A stretch of 64,000 nt of DNA from a bacterium (GTDB lineage Bacteria; SAR324; NAC60-12): contig CBDBHR010000029.1 in NCBI GenBank assembly GCA_965205865.1, forward strand, positions 128,001 to 192,000, read 5' to 3'. Numbering within the stretch: position 1 is the first letter of the stretch; every line of letters begins with the position of its first letter. Under the pieces are notes generated by a model. That model was not told the origin of the DNA. It made no database searches and worked only from the letters and a program-made list of their open reading frames with translations. The position numbers and the translations under genes are program-made. Shown here one piece after another: positions 40,440 through 50,893 of the stretch.

Positions 40440-42442
40440 GTGTTCCTCCTTTCTACCTGAACCAGAGGGACGACGAGTTCTTCGAGAGTCGCGCCACCGT
40501 GGCCGACAAGGCGTTTGCTCGTCTGCGTAAATGCCAGGCGGCCAGGAGCCAATAGGGGCAAATAGTCTTCCGGTAGTCCAACCGTTGGCCATTCCAAAGC
40601 ATCCGGGAATCGTTTTTTGATTTGACCACGCAGTAAAGAATCGGAATAAATACGAACTCGTTCGCCGCGCAAATCCGCAACCGCCCCTTCAGCGGGACGA
40701 CCACATCCGGAGGCTTCGATATTTCCGTGATCGGAGGTCAGGCAGACATGGAATCCATTATCCAAAAGCGAATCGACGAGGCGCGCCATGAACGGCTGTC
40801 CGGCCCACTGTCGTACCTGGTTGCGCATGCCTGCTGCTCCCAGTTCCATACCGTGCATGATCTTGTCGATTTTGTCGACGACGAGTGCGACAACGCGCGT
40901 TTTGGGGCGGGTAATTATCTCCTCCACGCTACCCAAGGTACCGTCTCCCAGTCCCTTGACGTAGGCAACCTCCTGCTGTGACAACCCCTGGTCCGCCCAA
41001 AACTGCGTCCACAGAGCGGGTTCCTTGTCGGTGGTATGGATACTGTTCGGAAAGTAGATGGGTGGTTTTCCTGCAAAGGCAGCTTGTCGTGAAACGGAAG
41101 TGATTGTCGGTATCCAGGCGAAAACCGCGTTTTCACGGAATCGGACCCCCGGACGTTGTTTGACGAGTTCCTGGCGTATGACGATCCACTGGTGCAAGGC
41201 AAGGCCGTCGATCAAGACCAACGCCGCTTTGCGTCCCCCGACTTCGTTGACGTGCCGTGCGAGATGACGCGGGATGTGATGGAGCATTACCGGTGGCACC
41301 GGAGGCAGATTGATCAATCCTGCGTAGCGCTTGGCCAACCAGGGTACGAAGGCAGCATCGATTTGCGCTTGCAACGTTTCCATCTTCCGCTCGGCTGGTT
41401 CCGGCAACGTGGTTTCCGGATCCGGAACGAGAGCCACCAACTCGGCCCAGTTTCTGGCAAAGTGAAACCAGTCTTCGTGCCTCGCGTCCTCCTTGGGAAT
41501 GTTGGACTCCAAGGCGTCGAGGAGCCCATTGACGCGTCGAGTCCGGTCTGCCTGCTCGTCCGTTCGGATGCCAATGAGCAGCCAGGACTTCGACCAGGAT
41601 TCAGCCTGTTCATGGGGAACGGCTTGCAGCAGTCCTTCCAGGAACAGGTTGTCAACGTAGATACGAACGTCATCGTGGTCGAAAGGCAAATCCGAGGGAC
41701 CGGGAAGTTCAAAACCATAGACTTTCTCCTTTTCATGGACGCCCGTGCCATCCTGATTCGCCAACTGCTCGAGAAAGACGGGCCAGCGTTCCTGGAGGAA
41801 GGCGAAAAAAGCTTCCCGCTCCGGGATGATCGTTTCCAGGGGCCAATCGTCAAAACTTCCTTGTTTACGGAGAACCCCTACAAAGCGTTCATCGAGCGAA
41901 GCCGGGATTCGCTGTTCCCGGTAATGGCGACGCAGCAGCACGCGCAGCAGATCGGACGGCTTTTTGATGAGATCCGGCTCAATTTCGAAAACATGGCGCA
42001 GAATGAAATCTTTAGTCGCGTTGTCACCCAAAACAGCAGGCGTATGCCGCTGCTGCGCTTCGTAGAGCGCGTCCAGGTCTCCACGGTCGAGGGCGGTTAC
42101 AATGGGATAGCTCAGATTAGGAAATATCTCTCCAAGGTTGAAAGACAACTGGCGTCCGGCTTGCAGCAGGTCGTATGGTAAAGAACCAAGGTCACCGGCT
42201 GCGGAGCGCAGCACGACCCCCCGCTCCGTTTGCTCATCCCGGTCCCAGCGGACACGGAATGCGGACTCGTAGGCATAGCGGAATATGATATGATCCTCGA
42301 ACGGGATCAGTTCGAAACCCCGCTGCCGTATGTCGGCAAGAACGTCTTCCTCCGGAAGCAAACCGTCCGGGTCGGCAACCACGGTCAGCCGGGACTCATT
42401 GGCAGTGAACTCCCTGAGAATCGAGTCGCGCCAATTACTCAT
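40436..42442 (-). CDS. pglZ: BREX-3 PglZ alkaline-phosphatase-fold protein
   Basis: VADPDGLL, LIDGL, WIPTITSVSRQA, DKIMHG, LTSDHGN and HGGATLEE. Confidence 0.92.
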   Translation of the reverse strand: MSNWRDSILREFTANESRLTVVADPDGLLPEEDVLADIRQRGFELIPFEDHIIFRYAYESAFRVRWDRDEQTERGVVLRSAAGDLGSLPYDLLQAGRQLSFNLGEIFPNLSYPIVTALDRGDLDALYEAQQRHTPAVLGDNATKDFILRHVFEIEPDLIKKPSDLLRVLLRRHYREQRIPASLDERFVGVLRKQGSFDDWPLETIIPEREAFFAFLQERWPVFLEQLANQDGTGVHEKEKVYGFELPGPSDLPFDHDDVRIYVDNLFLEGLLQAVPHEQAESWSKSWLLIGIRTDEQADRTRRVNGLLDALESNIPKEDARHEDWFHFARNWAELVALVPDPETTLPEPAERKMETLQAQIDAAFVPWLAKRYAGLINLPPVPPVMLHHIPRHLARHVNEVGGRKAALVLIDGLALHQWIVIRQELVKQRPGVRFRENAVFAWIPTITSVSRQAAFAGKPPIYFPNSIHTTDKEPALWTQFWADQGLSQQEVAYVKGLGDGTLGSVEEIITRPKTRVVALVVDKIDKIMHGMELGAAGMRNQVRQWAGQPFMARLVDSLLDNGFHVCLTSDHGNIEASGCGRPAEGAVADLRGERVRIYSDSLLRGQIKKRFPDALEWPTVGLPEDYLPLLAPGRLAFTQTSKRLVGHGGATLEELVVPLVQVERRNT

Positions 42443-44195
42443 GGGAGGGTCCTTTGTACCGGTAGTCAAACACGCACGATGAGCCCACCATCTCGCGAAA
42501 CCACAACGTGGCGCTGGCGCCCATCGAATCAGTCAGGCGGACGGGTTCGTTAAGACTGAAGTGAACCGGTTGCTGCAGACCATCTTCGATCGCCACGTTG
42601 TCGGCATAAAGATAAGTGCGATCCAGATGGTCGAGTATGGGATTCAACCGTCCCCGGATGCCTGGCAGATGTCCCGTCCGGTTGGCGATGATCAGTGAGC
42701 CTCCATTTCGCATGGATTGCATACGCAGATCAAACGGCCCGTCGTCAGGCATATAGTCGCTCGCTACTTGCGCCATGAAACCCGGCGCGGCGCACAGCAC
42801 GGTCATCGGTAGCCTCGTATGCACTTCGAAATCCGCATGCCCAAATTCATCTGTGCGCTCCTCCCGGTATGTCTTGTTCGGATAGATTAACAGTACGTGT
42901 ACGTTCCGCAGGGGTTCGCCAGTGTCGTGGTGGTGGATCGAAATTCCTGCTGCAATGCCGTTGGGCAAGGGCGGGCTAGCTGCCGGTAGGACAAGCTTTA
43001 GTTCCCGTTCGCCAATCAATTCGAAAACGGGCTTCTTCCCGGAGAGAGCGAAGGTCTCGTCCTCGATGACGGCGATGCCCTCGCCGCGTCGTTCGATAAA
43101 GTACTGTCGTCCACCGGCGCCGGGCACGTCACCAGCCGGACATTGTCCCAACCGGGAAGCCAGTAATTCGTTGCGCGTGAACTGACTGGTACGCAGATCT
43201 TCGGTCGTCATGGAGTTGCACAGACCGCCGGGTGAATAGAGTTCCAGCCGGTCATCGAATATGAACAGGCGTATCTGCGACTCCGAAACCGCGTAGTCCC
43301 GGTGAACCACGGCGTTGACCACGGCCTCGAAGACTGCGCATTCACTGTATTGGGGCACGTCACTACGTGCAGGTTGCTTACAGGCGGTGACGCGCCGGTT
43401 GCGAACGACAAAGCGCATCGCATCCAGAATTTGCTTGTCAAGAGGTCCGCTGATATCCTGGGCATCGAGTTGCCGGTTACCGTTCATCCGTTGGCCTTCG
43501 TAGCAAACAGCCTGGATGTAGGCATTCGGCAGCCAGTCACGGGGATCTTTGGCGGCGAGCAGCAAACCACCGACCGTGGCGCGGAGCGTTTCTCTTTGAT
43601 CGTCTTTGAGGAATTTCAGTTTTGAGAGGACGATCTCGGCGGGCTCGTTTATGCGTGAGCTCGCGTACCGTCTCCACAACTCAAGGCGTAAGCTGTTGAT
43701 ACCGGTATCGCGGACGACCTGCGTATCGGTGGCAGTGGCGTCGGATTGTCCACGCGATTGCAGCAATCGCCGGATTGCATCGGGTTGCATCAATCGGTTG
43801 CTGTCGCCTCGTCGCCGGAAGTAGCCGCCGGGCGAGCGGTGAACGGTTTCACCCGCTGGTATTTCGACGAGCAGGACACCTCCTCCCGTTGACGCCTGCA
43901 CCCGGTAGATATTGAATTCCACCGGTGGTTCGATACTGTCCGCACAGATATCGGTCACGAGGTTCACCAGAGCATCCAGTTGCTTCGGGTCCAGTGATTG
44001 CGGCTGACGATCATCCGAGACACCCAGGACGAGACGACCGCCGCGGGAGTTGGCAAACGCAGCTAACTCGTCAGCAAGACTGTCGCGATGAGGGGCGTAA
44101 ATCCGTTGACCTAGAAATCCAACTTCTTTCAGCTCGAGATCACTGTCCTCACCGAGACAAACCTGTTCCCAGAAACTTGTGGTATCGATTGGCAT
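42435..44195 (-). CDS. AlbA_2 (Schlafen-like) + HATPase_c_4 protein with an extra C-terminal domain
   Basis: GEDSDLELKE, AFANSRGGRLVLGVSD, EAVVNAVVHRDY, YSPGGL and ERRGEG; about 170 additional C-terminal residues. Confidence 0.85.
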   Translation of the reverse strand: MPIDTTSFWEQVCLGEDSDLELKEVGFLGQRIYAPHRDSLADELAAFANSRGGRLVLGVSDDRQPQSLDPKQLDALVNLVTDICADSIEPPVEFNIYRVQASTGGGVLLVEIPAGETVHRSPGGYFRRRGDSNRLMQPDAIRRLLQSRGQSDATATDTQVVRDTGINSLRLELWRRYASSRINEPAEIVLSKLKFLKDDQRETLRATVGGLLLAAKDPRDWLPNAYIQAVCYEGQRMNGNRQLDAQDISGPLDKQILDAMRFVVRNRRVTACKQPARSDVPQYSECAVFEAVVNAVVHRDYAVSESQIRLFIFDDRLELYSPGGLCNSMTTEDLRTSQFTRNELLASRLGQCPAGDVPGAGGRQYFIERRGEGIAVIEDETFALSGKKPVFELIGERELKLVLPAASPPLPNGIAAGISIHHHDTGEPLRNVHVLLIYPNKTYREERTDEFGHADFEVHTRLPMTVLCAAPGFMAQVASDYMPDDGPFDLRMQSMRNGGSLIIANRTGHLPGIRGRLNPILDHLDRTYLYADNVAIEDGLQQPVHFSLNEPVRLTDSMGASATLWFREMVGSSCVFDYRYKGPSHE

Positions 44196-44383
44196 GGCAT
44201 TTTCCTCAATCTTGCGTAATCATTTTTTGCAGGTGAAATTCAGGAATTTTATGTCCGTTTTGACGGCCCGTGGAGTAGTCTGCCGCCAAGGTCATTTCAT
44301 TCACGTTGGAATCTGAACCGGATAAATTGGTTACCTTTCCTCCCTCGTGCGCATTGATCACGTGTTCGGCTCGACTCATTCTA

Positions 44384-47300
44384 TCAACGATCGATCTTCT
44401 TCAATTCGTCACCAATTCCGAGAAAACCAACTTGCTCCATGCGATCGATTATGTCCAGGCAATGCGTCTTGACGTTTTCATCTGTTGTTTGCTGGTATTG
44501 ACGCACTATGAGCTTTGAAATAATAAGGGCAACTGTCGACTCGCGGTTGGCGATATTCGTCCCTTCTTCATCAACAGACTCCAAAATGCGATCTGCCGCT
44601 GGGCAAATGATCTCTGGAAGTTCGACGTTCGATTCTTCAAGAACGCGTAGAAGGTCATCCGCTCCACTTTCAAATGATTTGCTCTCAATGAACCCTGAGA
44701 TAAAATCTTTCAATTGCAGGAGCCTTTCTCCCGGAATATTAAAAAACACTCTGGAAACCTCTTGTCGTACGGATTTGGAGTTATCGTCAAAGAATTCTCG
44801 CAATAGTTCCGCGCATCGGTCACCGACGGTTTCGTGTAAAAGGTTCCCAGCGTAAACTCTGGCCGCAGCTTTTCGCATCGTTTCGCTGCCTGCCCTGATG
44901 TCTGCCGCATCGCATCCAACGTCAACGTGTTCGAGTTCTGCCAAGGTTATCTGAAGAGCGGCGTTCTCAACTGCTTCAGTATTCTCAGAACGCAGCGTGA
45001 ACTGGATTATTTCTCGTAATTGCGCATAGTGAGTGTGTATGGCGTAATGGATAAAATCACTGAAAGGCTCAGTGGCGCATATCGCTTCTGAACGACCACA
45101 TGTCTTGAGAAACAAATCAACCGCCAGATCTCGATTGAAGTTGAGCAGCGGCAGGAAAGCGTCGACTGCGCAAGTACGCACCGAGATTACCGGATCATTC
45201 GACAAGGATTCCAAGGCGGGTCGCAAGGCATCGATTCGCGATTGATCACCGTAAAGCAGCGATGCTATCGTCTGCGCAGCTTTTCCACGAACAGAATTAA
45301 TCCCGTGAGAATACGGGTCGCCTGAGTAATAACTGGTTCCATTTCCGGCGTCCTTCTGCCAGATGTCCGTCTCCGGATCAGGGTCGCTGGTGGCATAGTA
45401 AGAAACAATCTCCAGGATTCGCGATGGAAGGTGCCGGCTGGCTAAGACCCGGATACAGTGCAGGATTGAAGACCCGCTTGGTCTGCCCGGAAGCGAGTGC
45501 AGACGATCAATGATTTTTAAGAAAGTTTCCGTTGGTGTCGCCTCTATTTTCTGCTGATCGGCTTTCTTTTCCTCTTCACCTTGCGTGAAACGACTGCAGA
45601 GTCCATCAAGAATGGCGGAGAAATAATATGGATGGAGGTCATCGGGCATCTTCATGGCCAACGACGCAAAGCGATCGCGTTCTTTTCTGGAGAAGTCGGT
45701 CAATAACCTGGAAAGTTGTTCAGCATCGCCCTTCAAGAAGTCCGCAGGGTCACCCCTGAAATCGTCAGTCGAACCGTCATATTCTCTCATCGCCGAGATC
45801 CATTGGTCATCGGTCATGAATTCGGCGTTGTTCTTTGGAATTGGAGACTCTACCAATGTTGCAAGGCGCGGCCCCTCTTCCTCCACAATTTTATCGGAGA
45901 GATCAGGAAATTTTCTTTCGAGTTCTTTAATCCTGGACCTCGCCTTTTCTGAAATTCGGGAATCGTCCAATGAGCGAAGCAGGAGCAACTCAGAATAACC
46001 ACGGCGCCTCGGTGTTTGCTTCTCGTAGTCTTGACAGTAGCCGATGATGCGAGATTCAAATTGCTCAAATAGTTTGGCCGAACAATGCGATGAAATTTTC
46101 CGGAGAGCAATCCGGCTGATCGCGCTGTGGCCGGTACCTTCTCCCCTGATGGTCCACATTTCGTATCCAATATCCAATCGCCGCTGGTCCGCAAGCAAAT
46201 ATCCGGCGCACTCGTCGGCGAATTCTTGCGGGTTGTCGGCCCATGATCGAAGCAGCAAATATGAGAAAGTTTCATGTGGATGGTACGCGATCTGCGACAT
46301 ATAATGCCGAAAGAGTTCGACTTCATGCTTTGCCAGATGCTGCAGGGATTTTCGCAGATATAGCAAAATCGCATCGTCGATCTCGTAGGGAGCAACATTG
46401 TTCGACAGGGAAGGCCATAGACGATTCTTTACATATTCTCCTCTTCGATCTTCTGTCTGCAAAACGGTCGCTGTCAGACGAGGAAGCATTTTCTCGACAA
46501 AGTATTGAGGTTCCTTGGAAGCCAACTCCTCGATCATCTGCGCACCCGTGCGCGAATGATTCAGTTTACATTTATCTAAAAAATTCTGGGTTTTACCATC
46601 GTCGAATTGCTTCACGACCCGTTCAAACCATGTCGCCAGAACGTCGATGATGAATTTCGGACTTTTTTTCTTCACATTGTAATACTGGCTCCAAAAGTCG
46701 GAACCGGAGAATTCACCGACATAGTCGTCGTAGGCGCCTTGCGCAATCAGATCGAGATAGAGGGTAGTCATCCCCCTGCTCTGATGAGCTTTGCCCCACG
46801 ACATGATTCGCAGGATTCGCTGTCGCCAGTCCCCGTCGTATCCAACGTAGGGTGCAATCAACTCAGCTATGCGGGATGATCTTCTATCGTGCAGTTCCGG
46901 TATTTCCAGATACCGGGTTGCAATGTCGACGAGACGGGTGTCGTCGGAAGCAAGCCAGTTCTCATAAACTTCAAGCGAGTCCAGCAGGTCGAACCATCCA
47001 ACGTGGCCAGACATTGCTGCGTATATGTAGCGGGAAAGATCTCCATCCAACAAGTATGATTCTGCTAAGGACCAATCCTCCGGTTTTGGCTTGTCGATTT
47101 GCCCGAATCCTGACGCGACCATACGCATGATGTGAAAGCGAACTTTCTGCGATTCGAAGATTTCACGAACATCAGTTATATACTGGTCAAACTCCTCCTC
47201 TCTGCGAAAAGCGAGAATCTGACGCACCTGGGCTCTGCGGAACAAGTGCTGCTGTTTCTTCGATCCCAGAAAATCGACTACGCCATCTCCTTTTGCGCAA

Positions 47301-49051
47301 AATCGCCTGGCGTATGCATAGTCGAAGAACGATTCGTGGAAAAAGCGATACTGATGTTTCTCCTGATCCTCCACCAGCACGTGTTCCGAAATCATTGCCT
47401 TTGCATCTTTGGCCCAGTTGTCAATAACTAACTTGGGAGCAAAGAGAACTTGCTGTTCACTCATCCTCCCAGTCAGCGCATCGATTATAAGATCCCAATG
47501 TGATTCACGCCCAAGGCGTTCCTCCAAATTCTGACGCTTTCTGTCCCAATATCCCTTATACAACTCACCCACCGAATTGAAACGACGGGTCGGATCACCT
47601 TGGAGAAAAAGGAGCAGTTGGAAGGGAATACCGAGTAATTCAAGCTGTTGCTCTGTTGGGTTGAATTGAGCTTGTCCGGCCTTGCGAAGCGATTCCAGGA
47701 TGTCGGTCTTGTCCAATTTCTCGAGCGTATGTTTCGTAAAACCGGACTGAGAATCTCCCAGCCCTCTCAGACGGTAATCGTGATTCAGGTCGAAGTCCCG
47801 GCACGCCATCATCATTTTCATATGGGGATAGGACTGCACTTCATTGAGCAATTCACCGAACACCTCCCACATCCTGGGGTTGCGACCGGAAACGAGGCTG
47901 ATGGCATCCAGTTGGTCGACAACGAGCACGCTCGATGCGTTGTCCGCGATACCAGCGAGCACAACCGCCGGTGAAGCAGGTAAATCCAACTGTTCGCCGA
48001 GTTGACGAGTTGTATTGCAAGGATCGAGAGAGTCCATTCTCAAACATATGTAGGGTGTGCCTTTAACGGAAAGTTGAGAGAGACATTGCGCCAGTATGCA
48101 ACTTTTTCCGAACCCGCCAGGCGCTACGAGCAAAGCGCCGCGCGAATCAGTATCCCAGAGTGTAACAAGAATCTGCTCAACGATATTGCGGACGATTGGA
48201 GCCGAATTAATGAGTTCAAATTCCGTTACCTCCAGATAACGTTGGTTGATCTTTTTGACGAGTTTATTGACAGATAAATCGGTCTTCCAGTCACGGTTAC
48301 CGATCCCATTGCCTTGAAGAAACTGACGAATGTGGTCAGCATTGATCCGGGCGCCAAGACGATCGAGGATGAATTCGGCGATCATTCGACGAATATCGCC
48401 CGGCTTCAAAGGAGAACCGTCCGTGCGATAGAAATGATCGGAAATTCGTTGTTCCACAGTCTGGACTAGATCATTTTCTACACGCGTAATGACTTCAAAA
48501 CTCTTTAAGGCCGAGAATGCGAATTCTTCGTCACCGTTGCAAATTGGAACGATTTTCTGATCAAATTCTTTCTGGAGCTTTGGAAGTGGATTGATTTCAT
48601 TCTGGAGCTCTGGATGCTGGTTGAATTCATTCCGGAGTTTTGGAGAAAGTCTCTTTCGGAACTCGGAAAGGTCGTTTGACGATTGCGCACGTTCGGACAG
48701 TTCGCGAAGTTCGTTCGCCCCGGTTGACGATAAGAAGCGAGTTTCCGCATTGGGATATGAATGCCGCTTATTTAATAAATCGCCAAGGATACTCCGGCCT
48801 GTCTTCTTGTCTTCACGGCAGAGGTCCGCAATCGACCAGTCTCCGCCTGGCTTTTGACGTTTGACGGAGTGGAACTGCCGCTTGTTGTCGTTGGTCTCGA
48901 GATAGAACTCGACGCCGAGCGATTCATCGTCAAAGGGTTCGACCGTAATTGCCTTGAACGTTCCTACGAATACGTCGATGACCTTGTCAACGGTCCAAAC
49001 CGCCTCATATTGGTTACTGATTTTGTTTGCTTCTCCACCTGATCGAGGCAT
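44384..49051 (-). CDS. 1555-aa STAND/NACHT-like NTPase (Avs-like) with putative N-terminal nuclease-like domain
   Basis: Walker A APGGFGKS, Walker B LVVDQLD, FFHESFFDY, long helical C-terminus; N-terminal GVEF...FHSVKRQ. Confidence 0.75.
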   Translation of the reverse strand: MPRSGGEANKISNQYEAVWTVDKVIDVFVGTFKAITVEPFDDESLGVEFYLETNDNKRQFHSVKRQKPGGDWSIADLCREDKKTGRSILGDLLNKRHSYPNAETRFLSSTGANELRELSERAQSSNDLSEFRKRLSPKLRNEFNQHPELQNEINPLPKLQKEFDQKIVPICNGDEEFAFSALKSFEVITRVENDLVQTVEQRISDHFYRTDGSPLKPGDIRRMIAEFILDRLGARINADHIRQFLQGNGIGNRDWKTDLSVNKLVKKINQRYLEVTEFELINSAPIVRNIVEQILVTLWDTDSRGALLVAPGGFGKSCILAQCLSQLSVKGTPYICLRMDSLDPCNTTRQLGEQLDLPASPAVVLAGIADNASSVLVVDQLDAISLVSGRNPRMWEVFGELLNEVQSYPHMKMMMACRDFDLNHDYRLRGLGDSQSGFTKHTLEKLDKTDILESLRKAGQAQFNPTEQQLELLGIPFQLLLFLQGDPTRRFNSVGELYKGYWDRKRQNLEERLGRESHWDLIIDALTGRMSEQQVLFAPKLVIDNWAKDAKAMISEHVLVEDQEKHQYRFFHESFFDYAYARRFCAKGDGVVDFLGSKKQQHLFRRAQVRQILAFRREEEFDQYITDVREIFESQKVRFHIMRMVASGFGQIDKPKPEDWSLAESYLLDGDLSRYIYAAMSGHVGWFDLLDSLEVYENWLASDDTRLVDIATRYLEIPELHDRRSSRIAELIAPYVGYDGDWRQRILRIMSWGKAHQSRGMTTLYLDLIAQGAYDDYVGEFSGSDFWSQYYNVKKKSPKFIIDVLATWFERVVKQFDDGKTQNFLDKCKLNHSRTGAQMIEELASKEPQYFVEKMLPRLTATVLQTEDRRGEYVKNRLWPSLSNNVAPYEIDDAILLYLRKSLQHLAKHEVELFRHYMSQIAYHPHETFSYLLLRSWADNPQEFADECAGYLLADQRRLDIGYEMWTIRGEGTGHSAISRIALRKISSHCSAKLFEQFESRIIGYCQDYEKQTPRRRGYSELLLLRSLDDSRISEKARSRIKELERKFPDLSDKIVEEEGPRLATLVESPIPKNNAEFMTDDQWISAMREYDGSTDDFRGDPADFLKGDAEQLSRLLTDFSRKERDRFASLAMKMPDDLHPYYFSAILDGLCSRFTQGEEEKKADQQKIEATPTETFLKIIDRLHSLPGRPSGSSILHCIRVLASRHLPSRILEIVSYYATSDPDPETDIWQKDAGNGTSYYSGDPYSHGINSVRGKAAQTIASLLYGDQSRIDALRPALESLSNDPVISVRTCAVDAFLPLLNFNRDLAVDLFLKTCGRSEAICATEPFSDFIHYAIHTHYAQLREIIQFTLRSENTEAVENAALQITLAELEHVDVGCDAADIRAGSETMRKAAARVYAGNLLHETVGDRCAELLREFFDDNSKSVRQEVSRVFFNIPGERLLQLKDFISGFIESKSFESGADDLLRVLEESNVELPEIICPAADRILESVDEEGTNIANRESTVALIISKLIVRQYQQTTDENVKTHCLDIIDRMEQVGFLGIGDELKKIDR

Positions 49052-49115
49052 GTGAATTACCTGCGAAATTATTGAAAATCAATCCACCATAAATTGCGCT
49101 TTGGAAACAAATCGT

Positions 49116-49308
49116 TCATTCGTCTTCTCCGCTGCGCGTCAGAGCTTGGTCGTACCACATGAGGAGTTTGGGGTCCTCCTGGAGCACGGTCTCGGGTATT
49201 TTACGGGCTGCGGTGATGATGGTGACATAGTCGCGCTCTTGCCAGGCTTTTGGAAGCCAGTTCAAATGCATCCAAGCGAAACACCTTCAGGGGTCACTGT
49301 TTGGATTC
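49116..49308 (-). pseudogene. Degenerate copy of the pglXI 3' end
   Basis: ESKQ*PLKVFRLDAF.../QERDYVTIITAARKIPETVLQEDPKLLMWYDQALTRSGEDE*, matching 57045-57240. Confidence 0.9.
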
Positions 49309-49414
49309 CAAGAATGCCTTCTTGCGGAAGAAGGCCGGCGGGGTCGGCAACCACGATCAGCCGGGCCACCTTGGCATTGAACTCCCTGAGGATCAAGTCG
49401 CGCCAGTCACTCAC
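49309..49414 (-). pseudogene. Degenerate copy of the pglZ 5' end
   Basis: GTG-SDWRDLILREFNAKVARLIVVADPAGLLPQEGIL versus PglZ MSNWRDSILREFTANESRLTVVADPDGLLPEEDVL. Confidence 0.9.
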
Positions 49415-49431
49415 GGATACCTTCCTTTGTA

Positions 49432-50685
49432 TCAATCTTCATCCCCAGGTTGCAGGCTCGCGGCAAAAAAAGTCAGTAAAAGTTCGGAATCGTCAATCAG
49501 ACGATAAACTGGTTTCTTTCCGGAAATTTTTTCACTCTCTTCTATGATGATTGGAACGCCGTCGCCTCGCTTTTCCATGTAAAAACCGCGTCCATCATCT
49601 CCCACTGTTTTCACAGGCGTTTCTGCAAACAAGCTTGTAATCAATTCGTTACGTGTTGCCTGACGCAGGGATATGCTGTCAATGGTCACCGTGTTCGGGA
49701 GAGCACCTGGCGAGTAAATTTCCAGACGATCAGCAAACATGAAAAATCGAATTTTCGAGGCAAAAATAGAGTAGTCCCGGTGAGCCACGGCATTGACAAT
49801 TGCCTCGAAGACGGCTCTTTCACTGAATTGTTTCATTTCCACTCTATGGGGCTTTTTCACGGCCGAGACCGTTTGGTTTCTCCTGAGAAAGGCCATTGCC
49901 TGTTCAACTTGCTGATTCAGCGGGCCGCGAATCTGTTGGGCGTCTCTCTGGTAATTGGAATCCTGCTTTTTCCCACGATAGCGCACTGCTTCGATATACG
50001 CGTTGGGCAAAAAGCGTTCGGGCTCCTCACAACAGAACAAAACACCGGCAACCGAAGCCCGAATGATCCCACTTTCTTCTTTCGACAATAGACCACGTTT
50101 AAGGAGCACAATGTCGGCAGGTTCGCTGTACCTGGTTGTATAGTTGGCCGATAGTTTTTCCGACAAATCGTCAATGCTTGCTTGCGGAACCGGCTGTTCC
50201 TCGAATCGAATCAAACGGGCCTGACTTCGTTGCTGGAACAATCGTGCCAGGTATTCGGGAGGCATCTGCCGTCTTGAACTTCCTTGCCGAAAGAAATATC
50301 CCCCGGAACTCCTGTGAACGAAAAGACTGCTTGGAATCTCTATTTTGATCACTGCTTGCGAAACACCGGTACTGTCTGGAACTCGCATGCGAAACGAGCG
50401 AAACAGAACAGGAGGTTGGATGTTATCGTTACAGATTTCATAGACAAAACGTTCGACAGTATCGAGGTTGTCTATAGGAATGCCGACGACGTCTCTCGTC
50501 TTATCATCCACACCCAGCACCAGCACGCCGCCATGGGAGTTGGCGAATGCTGCTAGTTCGTCGGCCAACTCATCATGCCTCGGATCGGAAACCTGGCTGC
50601 CTCTGAATCGGACTGTCTTGAGTTCCAATAAAGAGTTTTCTTCAATATGTATCTTTCGTAGCAGTTCTGCCGTACTTTCAAACAC
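49432..50685 (-). CDS. AlbA_2 + HATPase_c_4 protein, paralog of 42435..44195
   Basis: ENSLLELK, AFANSHGGVLVLGVDD, EAIVNAVAHRDY, YSPGAL and EKRGDG. Confidence 0.85.
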   Translation of the reverse strand: MFESTAELLRKIHIEENSLLELKTVRFRGSQVSDPRHDELADELAAFANSHGGVLVLGVDDKTRDVVGIPIDNLDTVERFVYEICNDNIQPPVLFRSFRMRVPDSTGVSQAVIKIEIPSSLFVHRSSGGYFFRQGSSRRQMPPEYLARLFQQRSQARLIRFEEQPVPQASIDDLSEKLSANYTTRYSEPADIVLLKRGLLSKEESGIIRASVAGVLFCCEEPERFLPNAYIEAVRYRGKKQDSNYQRDAQQIRGPLNQQVEQAMAFLRRNQTVSAVKKPHRVEMKQFSERAVFEAIVNAVAHRDYSIFASKIRFFMFADRLEIYSPGALPNTVTIDSISLRQATRNELITSLFAETPVKTVGDDGRGFYMEKRGDGVPIIIEESEKISGKKPVYRLIDDSELLLTFFAASLQPGDED

Positions 50686-50893
50686 GATGTTCCTCAAGTG
50701 CAATGCGGATATAACAATTTTAATTGAGTGGTCGTTCCTCAGACTGCTACTTAGCGACGTTCTTCCAATTCGGCGTCACAGTTGCCAAAGATGAGGGAGA
50801 TAAGTCCACCGTTTCCCGGATAAGTTCATCGAAGAGATAGACATAACGTCCGGTTGAGCCATTATGGACAAAACTTATTGCCGCGTTTTCATT

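Noticed and set aside
41156-42181. 341-aa plus-strand ORF and similar long antisense ORFs
   Set aside because: Shadow frames opposite well-supported genes such as pglZ, with no motifs
44200-44380. Intergenic spacer (and 50710-50890) as brxHII helicase relics
   Set aside because: No helicase motif recognisable in any frame by eye
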